Shown piece by piece: positions 9,036 to 18,686 of a stretch of DNA of 25,937 nucleotides. Both the position numbers and the translations under genes were made by a program. The DNA is taken from contig JAJZGN010000001.1 of assembly GCA_021798435.1 (NCBI GenBank), positions 1-25,937 on the forward strand. Direction: 5' to 3'. Below the pieces are notes generated by a model. It had not been told where the DNA came from. It saw only the letters and a program-made list of their open reading frames with translations, and made no database searches. This DNA comes from a bacterium. Lineage in GTDB: Bacteria; Chloroflexota; Dormibacteria; Aeolococcales; Bog-877. How positions within the stretch are numbered: position 1 is the first letter of the stretch; the number at the start of each line of letters is the position of its first letter.

Positions 9036-9629
9036 ATGCAGATCCTGGGCCGCAAGCGCAAGGACTCCTGGACGGCGACCGTGTTCGCGGCCCCGCGGGA
9101 GGTGTTCGCCACCGCCGAGCAGGTGGCTGCCCTGCCCCCTTACGCCTTCCGGGTGGTGAACGACCACACCGCCGAGGTGGTCCAGGACCGGATGAACGGC
9201 TTCTTCGGCCAGTGGCGCCAGGTCCCCTATCCAAAGAACCGGGTGCGGATAGAGTGCCGCCCCACCGATGCCGGCACGGAGGTTCGGATGACGGCGGTCG
9301 GGGATCGGAGCGCCCTGCTTCGGGCGAGCAACCTCATCCGTCTGCTCACCGTGGGGGAGAGGGACAGTGCGACCGTGTACCGCTACCGGGCGATACCTCC
9401 GGGCGGGTGCACCGTGGTCCAGAGCTGGGCGGGCACCGGATATCCCCTCTACCGGGAGCCCGACCTCCTGGCCGAGAGGGGTCTGGCGGTCCGCCCCGCC
9501 TCCCCATTGCTCGCTCTGGAGCAGAGGGGGCGCTGGGTCCGGGTGAGGGCTGGGGCCGGAGAGGATTCCGAGGACGGCTGGATCGAGGCCGACCAGCTGG
9601 TCCCCGACCTGGACCCGGACCGGAGGTAG
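9036..9629 (+). CDS. Hypothetical protein with a C-terminal bacterial SH3-like domain
   Basis: Start reassigned to ATG 9036 (TAGAAT at 9023-9028 lies 7 nt upstream). The C-terminus LYREPD...LLALEQRGRWVRVR...GWIEADQL resembles SH3b. Confidence 0.6.
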   Translation: MQILGRKRKDSWTATVFAAPREVFATAEQVAALPPYAFRVVNDHTAEVVQDRMNGFFGQWRQVPYPKNRVRIECRPTDAGTEVRMTAVGDRSALLRASNLIRLLTVGERDSATVYRYRAIPPGGCTVVQSWAGTGYPLYREPDLLAERGLAVRPASPLLALEQRGRWVRVRAGAGEDSEDGWIEADQLVPDLDPDRR

Positions 9630-9638
9630 GTCCCGGCC

Positions 9639-11081
<1,443 letters not shown>

Positions 11082-11136
11082 GGCCCGAGTCTACCTAGGC
11101 CCGGGTCGCGGCCGGGTCGCGCCTATACTCCAGGAC
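11082..11136. promoter_or_regulatory. 55 bp divergent promoter region with two leaderless -10 boxes and an 11 bp-period direct repeat
   Basis: TAGACT (minus, 11093-11088) lies 6 nt before the zwf GTG. TATACT (11124-11129) lies 7 nt before GTG 11137. CCGGGTCGCG occurs at 11101-11110 and 11112-11121. Confidence 0.55.
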
Positions 11137-11745
11137 GTGGGAGCGCCTTCCTCGGGGGAGCCGTTGGAGGAGGGGCCGGACCGGGAGATGGTCCGGTTGC
11201 GCGCGCTGGTGGCCGAGCATCCAAGGCTGCCAGACGCCGACGTGGCGGCGCTCCTGGCTGAGGTTTCCGAGCAGGGCCTGGAGGCCCGACCGCGCCGGCT
11301 CCTGGCCCAGCACCACCTCTGGCTCGTGCTGGAGGAGGTGGCGCGGCAGGACGAGGGGCAGGATGCCGGCGACCTCTTCCAGGACGGGACCACCGCCCTG
11401 CTCAAGGTGGTCCAGGGCCTGGCGCCTCACCCGCAGATCTCGCCCCAGGAGTTTCAGGAGGCGGTCCGGCAGGCGGTGGCCGACACCGTTCGCGGGGCGC
11501 TGCTGGAGGCGCAAGCGGCTCGGGAGGCCGACCGGCGTTGGGCCGAGGACGGGGAGCGGCTGGCGCTGGCGGCGGTGGCTGTGGAGGCCGAGCTGGGCCG
11601 CCCGGCCTCAGACCTGGAGCTCGCCGCCCACCTGGGCTGGACTGTGGACAGGACGGCCCAGCTCCGGCGGGCGGTGGAGGAGGCCCGCCTTCAGTACGAT
11701 CGAGAGATGGCGGACGTCCTCGGCGCCTTGGAGGATCCGGAGTGA
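11137..11745 (+). CDS. Degenerate sigma70-like protein (regions 1.2-3 recognisable, region 4 absent)
   Basis: LAQHHLWLV and DLFQDGTTALLKVV resemble regions 2.1/2.2 (NLRLV...DLIQEGNxGLxKAV). LGRPASDLELAAHLGWTVDR resembles region 3. The ORF ends about 25 aa later in a GTGA overlap with gcvT. Confidence 0.6.
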   Translation: MGAPSSGEPLEEGPDREMVRLRALVAEHPRLPDADVAALLAEVSEQGLEARPRRLLAQHHLWLVLEEVARQDEGQDAGDLFQDGTTALLKVVQGLAPHPQISPQEFQEAVRQAVADTVRGALLEAQAAREADRRWAEDGERLALAAVAVEAELGRPASDLELAAHLGWTVDRTAQLRRAVEEARLQYDREMADVLGALEDPE

Positions 11746-12842
11746 GCGACCAGGAGGTGCCGCTGGGCGCTCTGCACCGCCGGCTGGGAGCCAGGATGGT
11801 GCCCTTCGCCGGCTACCAGATGCCTCTCCAGTACAGCAGCATCCGGGAGGAGCACCAGGCGGTCCGGGAGCGCGCCGGGCTCTTCGACGTCTCCCACATG
11901 GGCGAGGTCCGGGTCGGGGGCCCGGATGCCATGGGCTACCTCCAGCGACTGGTGACCAATGACGTCGGGAAGCTCGAGGTCGGCCAGGCGCAGTACACCG
12001 TGATGTGCCGGGAGGACGGGGGCATCGTGGACGACCTGCTGGTGTATCGCGACCCCGACGGCTACATGTGCGTGGTCAACGCGGCCCGCCACGACGACGA
12101 TCTCGCCTGGATGCGGCGGCAGCTGCCGCCCTCGGGGGTGGGGCTGGAGGATCAGTCGGACCAGACCTGCCTCCTCGCGGTGCAGGGCCCGCTCTCGCTC
12201 CGGATCCTCGCGCCGCTGGCGGAGGGCGGGGAGCTGGGAGCGATCCCCTACTACCACCACCGGGCGGGCCGCGTCCTCGGGGTCCCGGTCCGGATCTCCC
12301 GGACGGGGTACACCGGTGAGGATGGCTTCGAGCTGTACTGCGACCGGGAGGCCGCCGAGGAGCTCTTCGAAGGAATCCTGGATCGCGGTCGGAGCCAGGG
12401 GCTGCTGCCCGCCGGGCTGGGGGCCCGGGACACCCTCCGCCTGGAGGCCGGGTTCCGACTGTACGGTCAGGACATCACCCTGGAGCGCGAGCCCATCAGC
12501 GCGGGGCTGGGGTGGGTGGTGAAGCTGGACAAGGGGGACTTCGTCGGCCGCGAGGCGTTGGTCGGGGCCAAGGCTCAGCCCCAGCTCTCGTTCATCGGTC
12601 TCCGGCTCCTAGGGCGGGGGATTCCCCGGCCCCACCAGCCGATCCTGGCAGGCGCCGAGCCGATCGGCGAGATCACCAGCGGCAGCTACGGCTTCTCGGT
12701 GGGAGCCGGCATCGCCATGGGCTACGTCCGGCCCGGTTCCGCCCCCAAAGGCAGCGAGGTGGGCGTGGCGCTGCGCGCCGACCCGGCCGAGGTGGGCGCG
12801 GCGCAGGTGGTGGCGCTGCCCTTCTATCGCCGGCCCACGTGA
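11742..12842 (+). CDS. gcvT: Glycine cleavage system aminomethyltransferase T
   Basis: Start reassigned to GTG 11742. MVPFAGYQMPLQY, GLFDVSHMGE, GIVDDLLVY, RTGYTGEDGFELY, GLGARDTLRLEAG and GEITSG. Confidence 0.97.
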   Translation: MSDQEVPLGALHRRLGARMVPFAGYQMPLQYSSIREEHQAVRERAGLFDVSHMGEVRVGGPDAMGYLQRLVTNDVGKLEVGQAQYTVMCREDGGIVDDLLVYRDPDGYMCVVNAARHDDDLAWMRRQLPPSGVGLEDQSDQTCLLAVQGPLSLRILAPLAEGGELGAIPYYHHRAGRVLGVPVRISRTGYTGEDGFELYCDREAAEELFEGILDRGRSQGLLPAGLGARDTLRLEAGFRLYGQDITLEREPISAGLGWVVKLDKGDFVGREALVGAKAQPQLSFIGLRLLGRGIPRPHQPILAGAEPIGEITSGSYGFSVGAGIAMGYVRPGSAPKGSEVGVALRADPAEVGAAQVVALPFYRRPT

Positions 12843-12878
12843 GCGTCCCGCGTCCTGGAATCGAGAGGAGGTGGCCCC

Positions 12879-13268
12879 GTGTCTGACCCCAATCTTGTCC
12901 GCTTCACCAAGACCCACGAGTGGGTGCGCCCGGAGGGGACGGGAGAGGCGGTGATCGGCATCAGCGACCACGCCCAGGCTCAGCTCGGCGACGTCATCTT
13001 CCTGGAGCTCCCTGCGCCCGGGGCGCACCTCGCCGCCGGCCAACGCTTCGGAGCGGTGGAGTCCGTCAAGGCGGCCAGCGACCTCTACTCCCCGGTCAGC
13101 GGGGAGGTCTTGGACGTGAATCAGGTCGCAGTGACAGCTCCGGAGATCGTCAACCAGGACCCCCAGGGCGAGGGCTGGCTCCTCCGGGTGCGGCTGGAGG
13201 GCGAGATCCCGACCGGGCTGCTCGACCCCCTGGCGTACGATGCCTTCGCGGAGGGCGACTCCCACTGA
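12879..13268 (+). CDS. gcvH: Glycine cleavage system H protein
   Basis: FTKTHEWVR, GISDHAQAQLGDVIF and lipoyl-Lys motif VESVKAASDLYSPVSGEV. AGGAGGT RBS. Confidence 0.97.
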   Translation: MSDPNLVRFTKTHEWVRPEGTGEAVIGISDHAQAQLGDVIFLELPAPGAHLAAGQRFGAVESVKAASDLYSPVSGEVLDVNQVAVTAPEIVNQDPQGEGWLLRVRLEGEIPTGLLDPLAYDAFAEGDSH

Positions 13269-13306
13269 GCGCCGCCATCCGAAGCTTGAAGTTCTGAGGA
13301 ACGGTC

Positions 13307-14662
13307 ATGGCCTATCTGCCCAACACCGAGACTGAGCGCGCCGAGATGCTGGCCGAGATCGGAGCCCAGTCAGTCGACGAGCTGTTCCGAGAGGTGCCCC
13401 GCCACCTGCTCGGCCGCCGGCCCGACCTTCCCGAGCCGCTGAGTGAGCCGGAGCTGGCAGCCGAGCTGGAGCGGCTGGCGCACCGCAACCGGGAGCTGGC
13501 CAGGTGGGACTGCTTCCTCGGCGCGGGGATCTATTCTCGCTTCATCCCGGCGATCGTGCTCGCCACCATCGCCCGCCCGGAGTTCTACACCGCCTACACC
13601 CCCTATCAGGCGGAGGCCAGCCAGGGGTACCTGCAGACCATCTTCGAGTTCCAGTCGATGGTGGCGGAGCTGTACGACCTGGATGTCGCCAACGCCTCCA
13701 TGTACGACGGTGCCACGGCGGTGGCCGAGGGGGCGCTCTTGGCGGTGGCCCACACCGGCCGCGCCCGGATCCTGGCCGCGGCGACGCTGCACCCGGAGAC
13801 CCTGCGGGTGCTGCGGACCTATGCGGACGGCCGGGGTGCGGAGCTGGAGCTGCTCCCCGCATCCGCCCAGGGCACGACGGACCTCGCCCGGGCCGAGGCG
13901 GTGCTGGCTGCCTCGCCGGCGGCCGTCCTGGCGGTCCCCCAGCCCAACTTCTACGGCCAGCTGGAGCCCGTGGCAGAGCTGATGGAGCTGGCCCATGCGC
14001 GGGGGGCCCTCGGTCTCGTGGCCGCGGACCCGGTGGCCGCCGCCGTGGTCCAGCCTCCGGGTGCCGACGGCGCCGATCTCGCCGCCGGGGATGGCCAGCA
14101 GCTGGGGATCCCACCCCAGCTGGGGGGACCCACCGTGGGGCTGCTGGCCTGCCGGCAGGAGCTGGTGCGGCGGATGCCCGGGCGCCTCGTGGGCCTCACC
14201 GTGGACAGCCGGGGCGGGCGGGCCTACACCCTCACCCTGCAGACTCGGGAGCAGCACATCCGGAGGGAGCGAGCGACCTCCAACATCTGCACCAACCACG
14301 CTCTCATGGCCCTGGCGGCGACCGCCTATCTCGCCAAGATGGGCTCCGCTGGCCTCCGCCAGGTGGCCGACATCTCCTTCCGGCGGGCCCACCGGCTGGC
14401 GCAGCTGCTCTCCGAGCTTCCGGGCTGCCGGCTTCCCCTTCCCGGGGAGTTCCTCTGGGAGTTCGTCCTGGAGACCCCGCTTCCCGGGGAGGAGGTCTGC
14501 CGCGGGCTCGCGGAGGAGGGGATCCTCGCCGGCCATCCCCTTGAGGGCAACCGGATCCTGGTCTGCGCCACGGAGATGACCTCTGTGGGCGCAATCGACC
14601 GCTACCGGGCGGCGCTCCTCGGCCTGGTGGAGGAGGCCCAGCCGGCCGAGGTGATGGCGTGA
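13307..14662 (+). CDS. gcvPA: Glycine dehydrogenase (decarboxylating) subunit 1
   Basis: FLGAGIY, EFYTAYTPYQAEASQG, ANASMYDGATA, PNFYG and LQTREQHIRRERATSNICTN. Confidence 0.96.
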   Translation: MAYLPNTETERAEMLAEIGAQSVDELFREVPRHLLGRRPDLPEPLSEPELAAELERLAHRNRELARWDCFLGAGIYSRFIPAIVLATIARPEFYTAYTPYQAEASQGYLQTIFEFQSMVAELYDLDVANASMYDGATAVAEGALLAVAHTGRARILAAATLHPETLRVLRTYADGRGAELELLPASAQGTTDLARAEAVLAASPAAVLAVPQPNFYGQLEPVAELMELAHARGALGLVAADPVAAAVVQPPGADGADLAAGDGQQLGIPPQLGGPTVGLLACRQELVRRMPGRLVGLTVDSRGGRAYTLTLQTREQHIRRERATSNICTNHALMALAATAYLAKMGSAGLRQVADISFRRAHRLAQLLSELPGCRLPLPGEFLWEFVLETPLPGEEVCRGLAEEGILAGHPLEGNRILVCATEMTSVGAIDRYRAALLGLVEEAQPAEVMA

Positions 14663-16143
14663 GCGGCCCTCAGCCGGCGTGGGCCGGAGAGGAGCCCCTG
14701 GTTTTTGAGATCGCCAAGGAGGTAGGCGCCGGCCCCAGGCTGCCATCCCCGGGGGTACCGGGTCCAGGCGCGGACGAGGCCATCCCGGAGCGCTGGCGCC
14801 GTCGGGTCCCCGCCCACATCCCCCAGGTGAGCGAGCCCGACCTGGCTCGCCACTTCGGCCGGCTGGCGAGGCGCAATCACAACCTCCAGCAGGGCGGCTA
14901 TCCCCTGGGTTCCTGCACCATGAAGTACAACCCGGCCATCAACGAACGGGTGGCGGCCCTACCGGGGTTCGCCGACCTGCATCCCTGGCAGCCGGTGGAG
15001 TCGATCCAGGGGGCGCTGGAGCTGATGTGGGGGTTGGAACGCCTCCTCTGCGAGATCACCGGGATGGACGCGGTCTCGCTGCAGCCGGCCGCCGGGGCCC
15101 ACGGCGAGTGGACCGGGCTGCGGATGATCCAGGCCCATCACCGCAGCCGAGGGGACCACTCCCGGACCAAGGTGATTGTGCCCGACACCGCCCACGGGAC
15201 CAACCCGGCCAGCGCCGCCCAGCTCGGCTTCCAGGTGGAGACGGTGGCCAGCTCTGCCGACGGCACGGTGGACCTGGAAGACCTCCGGGCCAAGCTCGGA
15301 CCCGAGGTGGCGGCGGTGATGCTCACCAACCCCAACACCCTCGGGATCTTCGAGCGCTCAATCGAGGAGATGGCGGAGATGGCTCACCGCGCGGGGGCCC
15401 TCGTCTACTACGACGGAGCCAACCTGAACGCCCTGGTGGGGGTGGCGCGCCCCGGGGACATGGGGTTCGACGTGGTCCACCTGAACCTGCACAAGACCTT
15501 CTCGACCCCCCACGGAGGGGGCGGTCCCGGGGCCGGGCCCGTGGGGGTGAGGGCCGACCTGGAGCCTTTCCTCCCCGTCCCCCGGATCCGCCGCCAGGGG
15601 GATGGATACCTCCTCGACTCCGACCTCCCCCAGAGCGTGGGCAAGGTCCGCTCCTACTACGGCAACTTCGGCATGCTGGTCCGCGCCTACGCCTACATCC
15701 TGGCCTACGGGAACGAGATCGGGGAGGTGGCCCGGGACGCGGTGCTCAACAGCCGCTACCTCCGCTCCCGACTTCGCCAGGTGCTGCCCACCCAGGTGGA
15801 CACCGACACCTTCCATGAGTTTGTCGCCACCCCCAAGCGCTCGGCCCACCCCGAGTTGCGGGCCCTCGACATCGCCAAGCGGATGATCGACTACGGGGTC
15901 CATCCGCCGACCGTCTACTTCCCCATCACCGTCCCCGAAGCGATGATGTTCGAGGTCACCGAGACCGAGTCCAAGCGCTCCCTGGACGACCTGGCGGAGA
16001 TCGTGCGGCTGATCATGGAGGAGGGGGGGCGGGACCCGGAGGTCCTGCTCTCGGCCCCCCAAGAGGCCCCCGTCGGGCGCGTGGACGAGGTGCGGGCGGC
16101 GCGCCAGCTGGTGCTGCGCTGGCGGCCCCCGACCGGCGGTTGA
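14659..16143 (+). CDS. gcvPB: Glycine dehydrogenase (decarboxylating) subunit 2
   Basis: YPLGSCTMKYNP, SLQPAAGAHGE, AHGTNPASA, YYDGANLNA and PLP-Lys motif HLNLHKTFSTPHGGGGPG. GTGA overlap with gcvPA. Confidence 0.96.
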   Translation: MSGPQPAWAGEEPLVFEIAKEVGAGPRLPSPGVPGPGADEAIPERWRRRVPAHIPQVSEPDLARHFGRLARRNHNLQQGGYPLGSCTMKYNPAINERVAALPGFADLHPWQPVESIQGALELMWGLERLLCEITGMDAVSLQPAAGAHGEWTGLRMIQAHHRSRGDHSRTKVIVPDTAHGTNPASAAQLGFQVETVASSADGTVDLEDLRAKLGPEVAAVMLTNPNTLGIFERSIEEMAEMAHRAGALVYYDGANLNALVGVARPGDMGFDVVHLNLHKTFSTPHGGGGPGAGPVGVRADLEPFLPVPRIRRQGDGYLLDSDLPQSVGKVRSYYGNFGMLVRAYAYILAYGNEIGEVARDAVLNSRYLRSRLRQVLPTQVDTDTFHEFVATPKRSAHPELRALDIAKRMIDYGVHPPTVYFPITVPEAMMFEVTETESKRSLDDLAEIVRLIMEEGGRDPEVLLSAPQEAPVGRVDEVRAARQLVLRWRPPTGG

Positions 16144-16727
16144 TGCCGCTCAGCGCCCCGGAGCGGCAGACGCTTCTCCGGCTCATGCTGGACCGGGCGT
16201 TCAGGGTGGGGGACTTCCTCCTTACCAGTGGCCGCCGCAGCCCCTACTACTTCGACGGCCGGCTGGTGACGCTGGACCCGGTGGGCGCGCTCCTGGTGGG
16301 GCGGGCGCTCCTGGAGTTCGCCCGCCAGGATGGCGCCGAGGCGGTCTGCGGTCCCACGCTGGGCGCCGACCCCATGGTCACCGCCGTGGCGCTCTGCAGC
16401 GCCCTGGACGAGGGGCCGCGGGTGGCGGCATTCATCGTCCGCAAGGGCACCAAGGAGCACGGGGTGGGCGGGGACTTCGCGGGCCCTCCCCCGACCCCCG
16501 GCCAGCCGGTGGCCGTCGTCGATGACGCCCTGACCAGCGGGGGCTCCCTGCTCGCGGCGGCCGAGAGGGTGCGGGCGGCGGGCGCCAGGGTGGTGTGCCT
16601 CTACACCCTGCTGGACCGGGAGGAGGGGGGCCGGGAGCGGGTGGAGGCCGCTGGCCATCGGCTGCGGGCCATCTTCACCCGGTCGGAGCTCCTCGCCGGC
16701 CCTCCCTCCCCGGGCCCCCGGCCGTAG
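16143..16727 (+). CDS. pyrE: Orotate phosphoribosyltransferase
   Basis: GDFLLTSGRRSPYYFD, IVRKGTKEHG and PRPP-binding VVDDALTSGGS. ATG in a TGATG overlap; TTG 16140 is an alternative start. Confidence 0.93.
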   Translation: MPLSAPERQTLLRLMLDRAFRVGDFLLTSGRRSPYYFDGRLVTLDPVGALLVGRALLEFARQDGAEAVCGPTLGADPMVTAVALCSALDEGPRVAAFIVRKGTKEHGVGGDFAGPPPTPGQPVAVVDDALTSGGSLLAAAERVRAAGARVVCLYTLLDREEGGRERVEAAGHRLRAIFTRSELLAGPPSPGPRP

Positions 16728-16729
16728 CC

Positions 16730-17443
16730 GTGCTCTCGCCCCGGGCAGGGGTGGGGGCGCTGGCGCTGCTGGCCCTCACCCTCTCGGCCTGCGGAGCCGG
16801 CGTGTCCAGCGCCGCCGGGGCTCAGCGGGCGCTGACGGGCCAGCTCCCGGTCAACGCCCACTCCCGGCCGGTGAGCGAGGGGAGCGCCGCCTGCAGCCCC
16901 GACGGTGGCTTCTACGTGGATCACAGCAGCATCGCCTTCTACTACAGCCGCCAGGTGCCGCTCGCCGACATCCTCCCCCTCCTCTCCGGGGCCGAGGCCC
17001 GGGACGCGCGCCAGCTGGCGGGGCTGGGCCCACTGCTGGAGGTGGTGGCCCTGGCCCGGAACCCGGGGGCGTCCACCTGCGGAGTGGGCCTCACCCAGAC
17101 GGTGCTGGAGACCTCCGCTGCCAACGGCGGAACCGTGCACCTGGTCCCCCGGGGGGCCCGCAGCCAGGTGCAGCTCAGCTACTACGACCCGATCCGGCCC
17201 GTCCTGGTCCTCTCCAGCAACCGTCTCGACCTCTGCTCGGCGGACGTGAACCCGGGGGCCACCGTCTGGCTGCTGGCGGTCTTCCCCCCGGTGCGCCAGG
17301 GGATCCCGCTGGCGCTGGTCAATCCCGCCCCCCAGTACGGTTTCTTCATGCCGGTGGGGCGGGGCGCCGTCCCGGCCCGGGTACCGACCGACCTGTTCAG
17401 CGAGGACGTGAACCACTGCCTCCAGATCCTGAGCGCCGGCTGA
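16730..17443 (+). CDS. Putative lipoprotein of unknown function
   Basis: Start reassigned to GTG 16730, 2 nt after the pyrE stop. Hydrophobic signal ending in the lipobox LSAC. Confidence 0.65.
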   Translation: MLSPRAGVGALALLALTLSACGAGVSSAAGAQRALTGQLPVNAHSRPVSEGSAACSPDGGFYVDHSSIAFYYSRQVPLADILPLLSGAEARDARQLAGLGPLLEVVALARNPGASTCGVGLTQTVLETSAANGGTVHLVPRGARSQVQLSYYDPIRPVLVLSSNRLDLCSADVNPGATVWLLAVFPPVRQGIPLALVNPAPQYGFFMPVGRGAVPARVPTDLFSEDVNHCLQILSAG

Positions 17444-18081
17444 GGGAGGAGCGGGCGGAGCTATGGGGCCGGCTTGGGCCGGCCCTCCCTCCGGAAGCGC
17501 GGGCGGCGCTGGAGCGGGTCCCGCGGGAGGTCTTCCTACCGGCCCGGGAGCAGCCCCTCGCCTACCAGAACCGGCCGCTGGCCATCGGCTGGGGGCAGAC
17601 GTGCTCCCAGCCGGAGATGGTGGGGGTGATGGTGGCAGCGCTGCTGCCGCTGTCGGGGGCGAGGGTGCTGGAGGTGGGAGCCGGGAGCGGGTACATGGCC
17701 GCGGTGCTCCGGGCCGCGGGAGCCCTGGAGGTGGTGGCGCTGGAACTCATCCCCGCGCTGGCCGCGACCGCCCGGCACAACCTGAGCCGAGCCGGGGTGG
17801 GGACGGTCGAGGTCCGCTGCCAGGACGGCCGCCGCGGGGCCCCGGACCGCGCCCCCTTCCAGGCGGTGGTGATCTCGGCCGCGGCGGAGGCGGTGCCGGA
17901 GGCGCTGTTCGAGCAGGTGGCCGAGGGGGGCAGTGTCCTGGCGCCGCTGGGGGGGCCGGAGGAACAGGAGCTGGTGCGGCTCCGCCGGGGCGGCGGTGGC
18001 AAGTGGCAGGGGGAGAAGCTCGGGCCCTGCCGCTTCGTCCCGCTTCTCGACTGGTCCATCCTGGGTGACAGGGGCCGCTGA
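17440..18081 (+). CDS. pcm: Protein-L-isoaspartate O-methyltransferase
   Basis: The frame of ORF 17617 extends upstream: ALERVPREVFLP...AYQNRPLAIGWGQTCSQP. SAM motif VLEVGAGSGY, plus APFQAVVISAA and EQVAEGGSVLAPLG. Start inferred at CTG 17440 (CTGA overlap), giving 213 aa. Confidence 0.85.
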   Translation: MREERAELWGRLGPALPPEARAALERVPREVFLPAREQPLAYQNRPLAIGWGQTCSQPEMVGVMVAALLPLSGARVLEVGAGSGYMAAVLRAAGALEVVALELIPALAATARHNLSRAGVGTVEVRCQDGRRGAPDRAPFQAVVISAAAEAVPEALFEQVAEGGSVLAPLGGPEEQELVRLRRGGGGKWQGEKLGPCRFVPLLDWSILGDRGR

Positions 18082-18110
18082 AGCGTTTCTTTGGCGATGG
18101 CGCGTGCGCG

Positions 18111-18680
18111 TTGACCACCCCACCGGCTCCGCCCGACGCGCCGTCCGGAGAGCCCGGGCCCCCGCCCTACCGGCCCGGCAGCGCCGAGGACTTCGACCGC
18201 CTCTACCGGGTGGCGTATCCCCGGATCCTGGCGACCCTGGTGGGAATGCTGCGCGACCGCGAGGCCGCCGAGGATTGCGCCCAGGAGGCCTTCGTCCGGG
18301 CCTACCGGGCCTGGCCGAGGTGGCGGGAAGTGGCTCCGGCGGAGGCCTGGCTGCACCGGATCGCCATCAACGTGGCGGTCTCCCACCGCCGCCGCGAGCG
18401 GCTGCGCCAGGTGGGTGAGCTGGTGCGGCGCCTGGGCCAGCCAGGGCCGGGGCCTGACCCCACCTCCGCGGAGGGATCGGTGCTGACCCGGGAGCTGGCG
18501 GCCCTGCCGCCCAAGCAGGCGGCCGTGATCGTCCTGCGCCACCTTCACGGTTACTCCAACCGAGAGATCGCTCTCGCCCTCAGGGTCCCCGAGCAGACGG
18601 TGGCCTCGCGGCTGGCAGCCGCCAAGACGCGGCTCCGGGCCCGGCTGGGCGGTGAGTTTGGAGAGACGATGGTTGATTGA
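18111..18680 (+). CDS. ECF (sigma-24-type) RNA polymerase sigma factor
   Basis: Sigma2: FDRLYR...AEDCAQEAFVRAYRAW...WLHRIAIN. Sigma4: LAALPPKQAAVIVLRHLHGYSNREIALALRVPEQTVASRL. Confidence 0.92.
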   Translation: MTTPPAPPDAPSGEPGPPPYRPGSAEDFDRLYRVAYPRILATLVGMLRDREAAEDCAQEAFVRAYRAWPRWREVAPAEAWLHRIAINVAVSHRRRERLRQVGELVRRLGQPGPGPDPTSAEGSVLTRELAALPPKQAAVIVLRHLHGYSNREIALALRVPEQTVASRLAAAKTRLRARLGGEFGETMVD

Positions 18681-18686
18681 TCGACC
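18362..18686 (+). repeat. Direct repeat copy 1 (3' half of the ECF sigma gene), paired with 20265-20586
   Basis: Manual alignment of 325 versus 322 nt gives about 19 substitutions plus one 3 nt indel (roughly 94% identity). Confidence 0.95.

Noticed and set aside
11082-11741. Glycine riboswitch ahead of gcvT
   Set aside because: There is no intergenic space, and I saw no aptamer-like conserved motifs; the region is coding plus a 55 bp promoter.
17445-17465. SD-preceded ATG 17463 as the pcm start
   Set aside because: It is out of frame with pcm and gives a low-complexity peptide, while the pcm frame reads naturally from 17440. It would matter only if there is an assembly indel.
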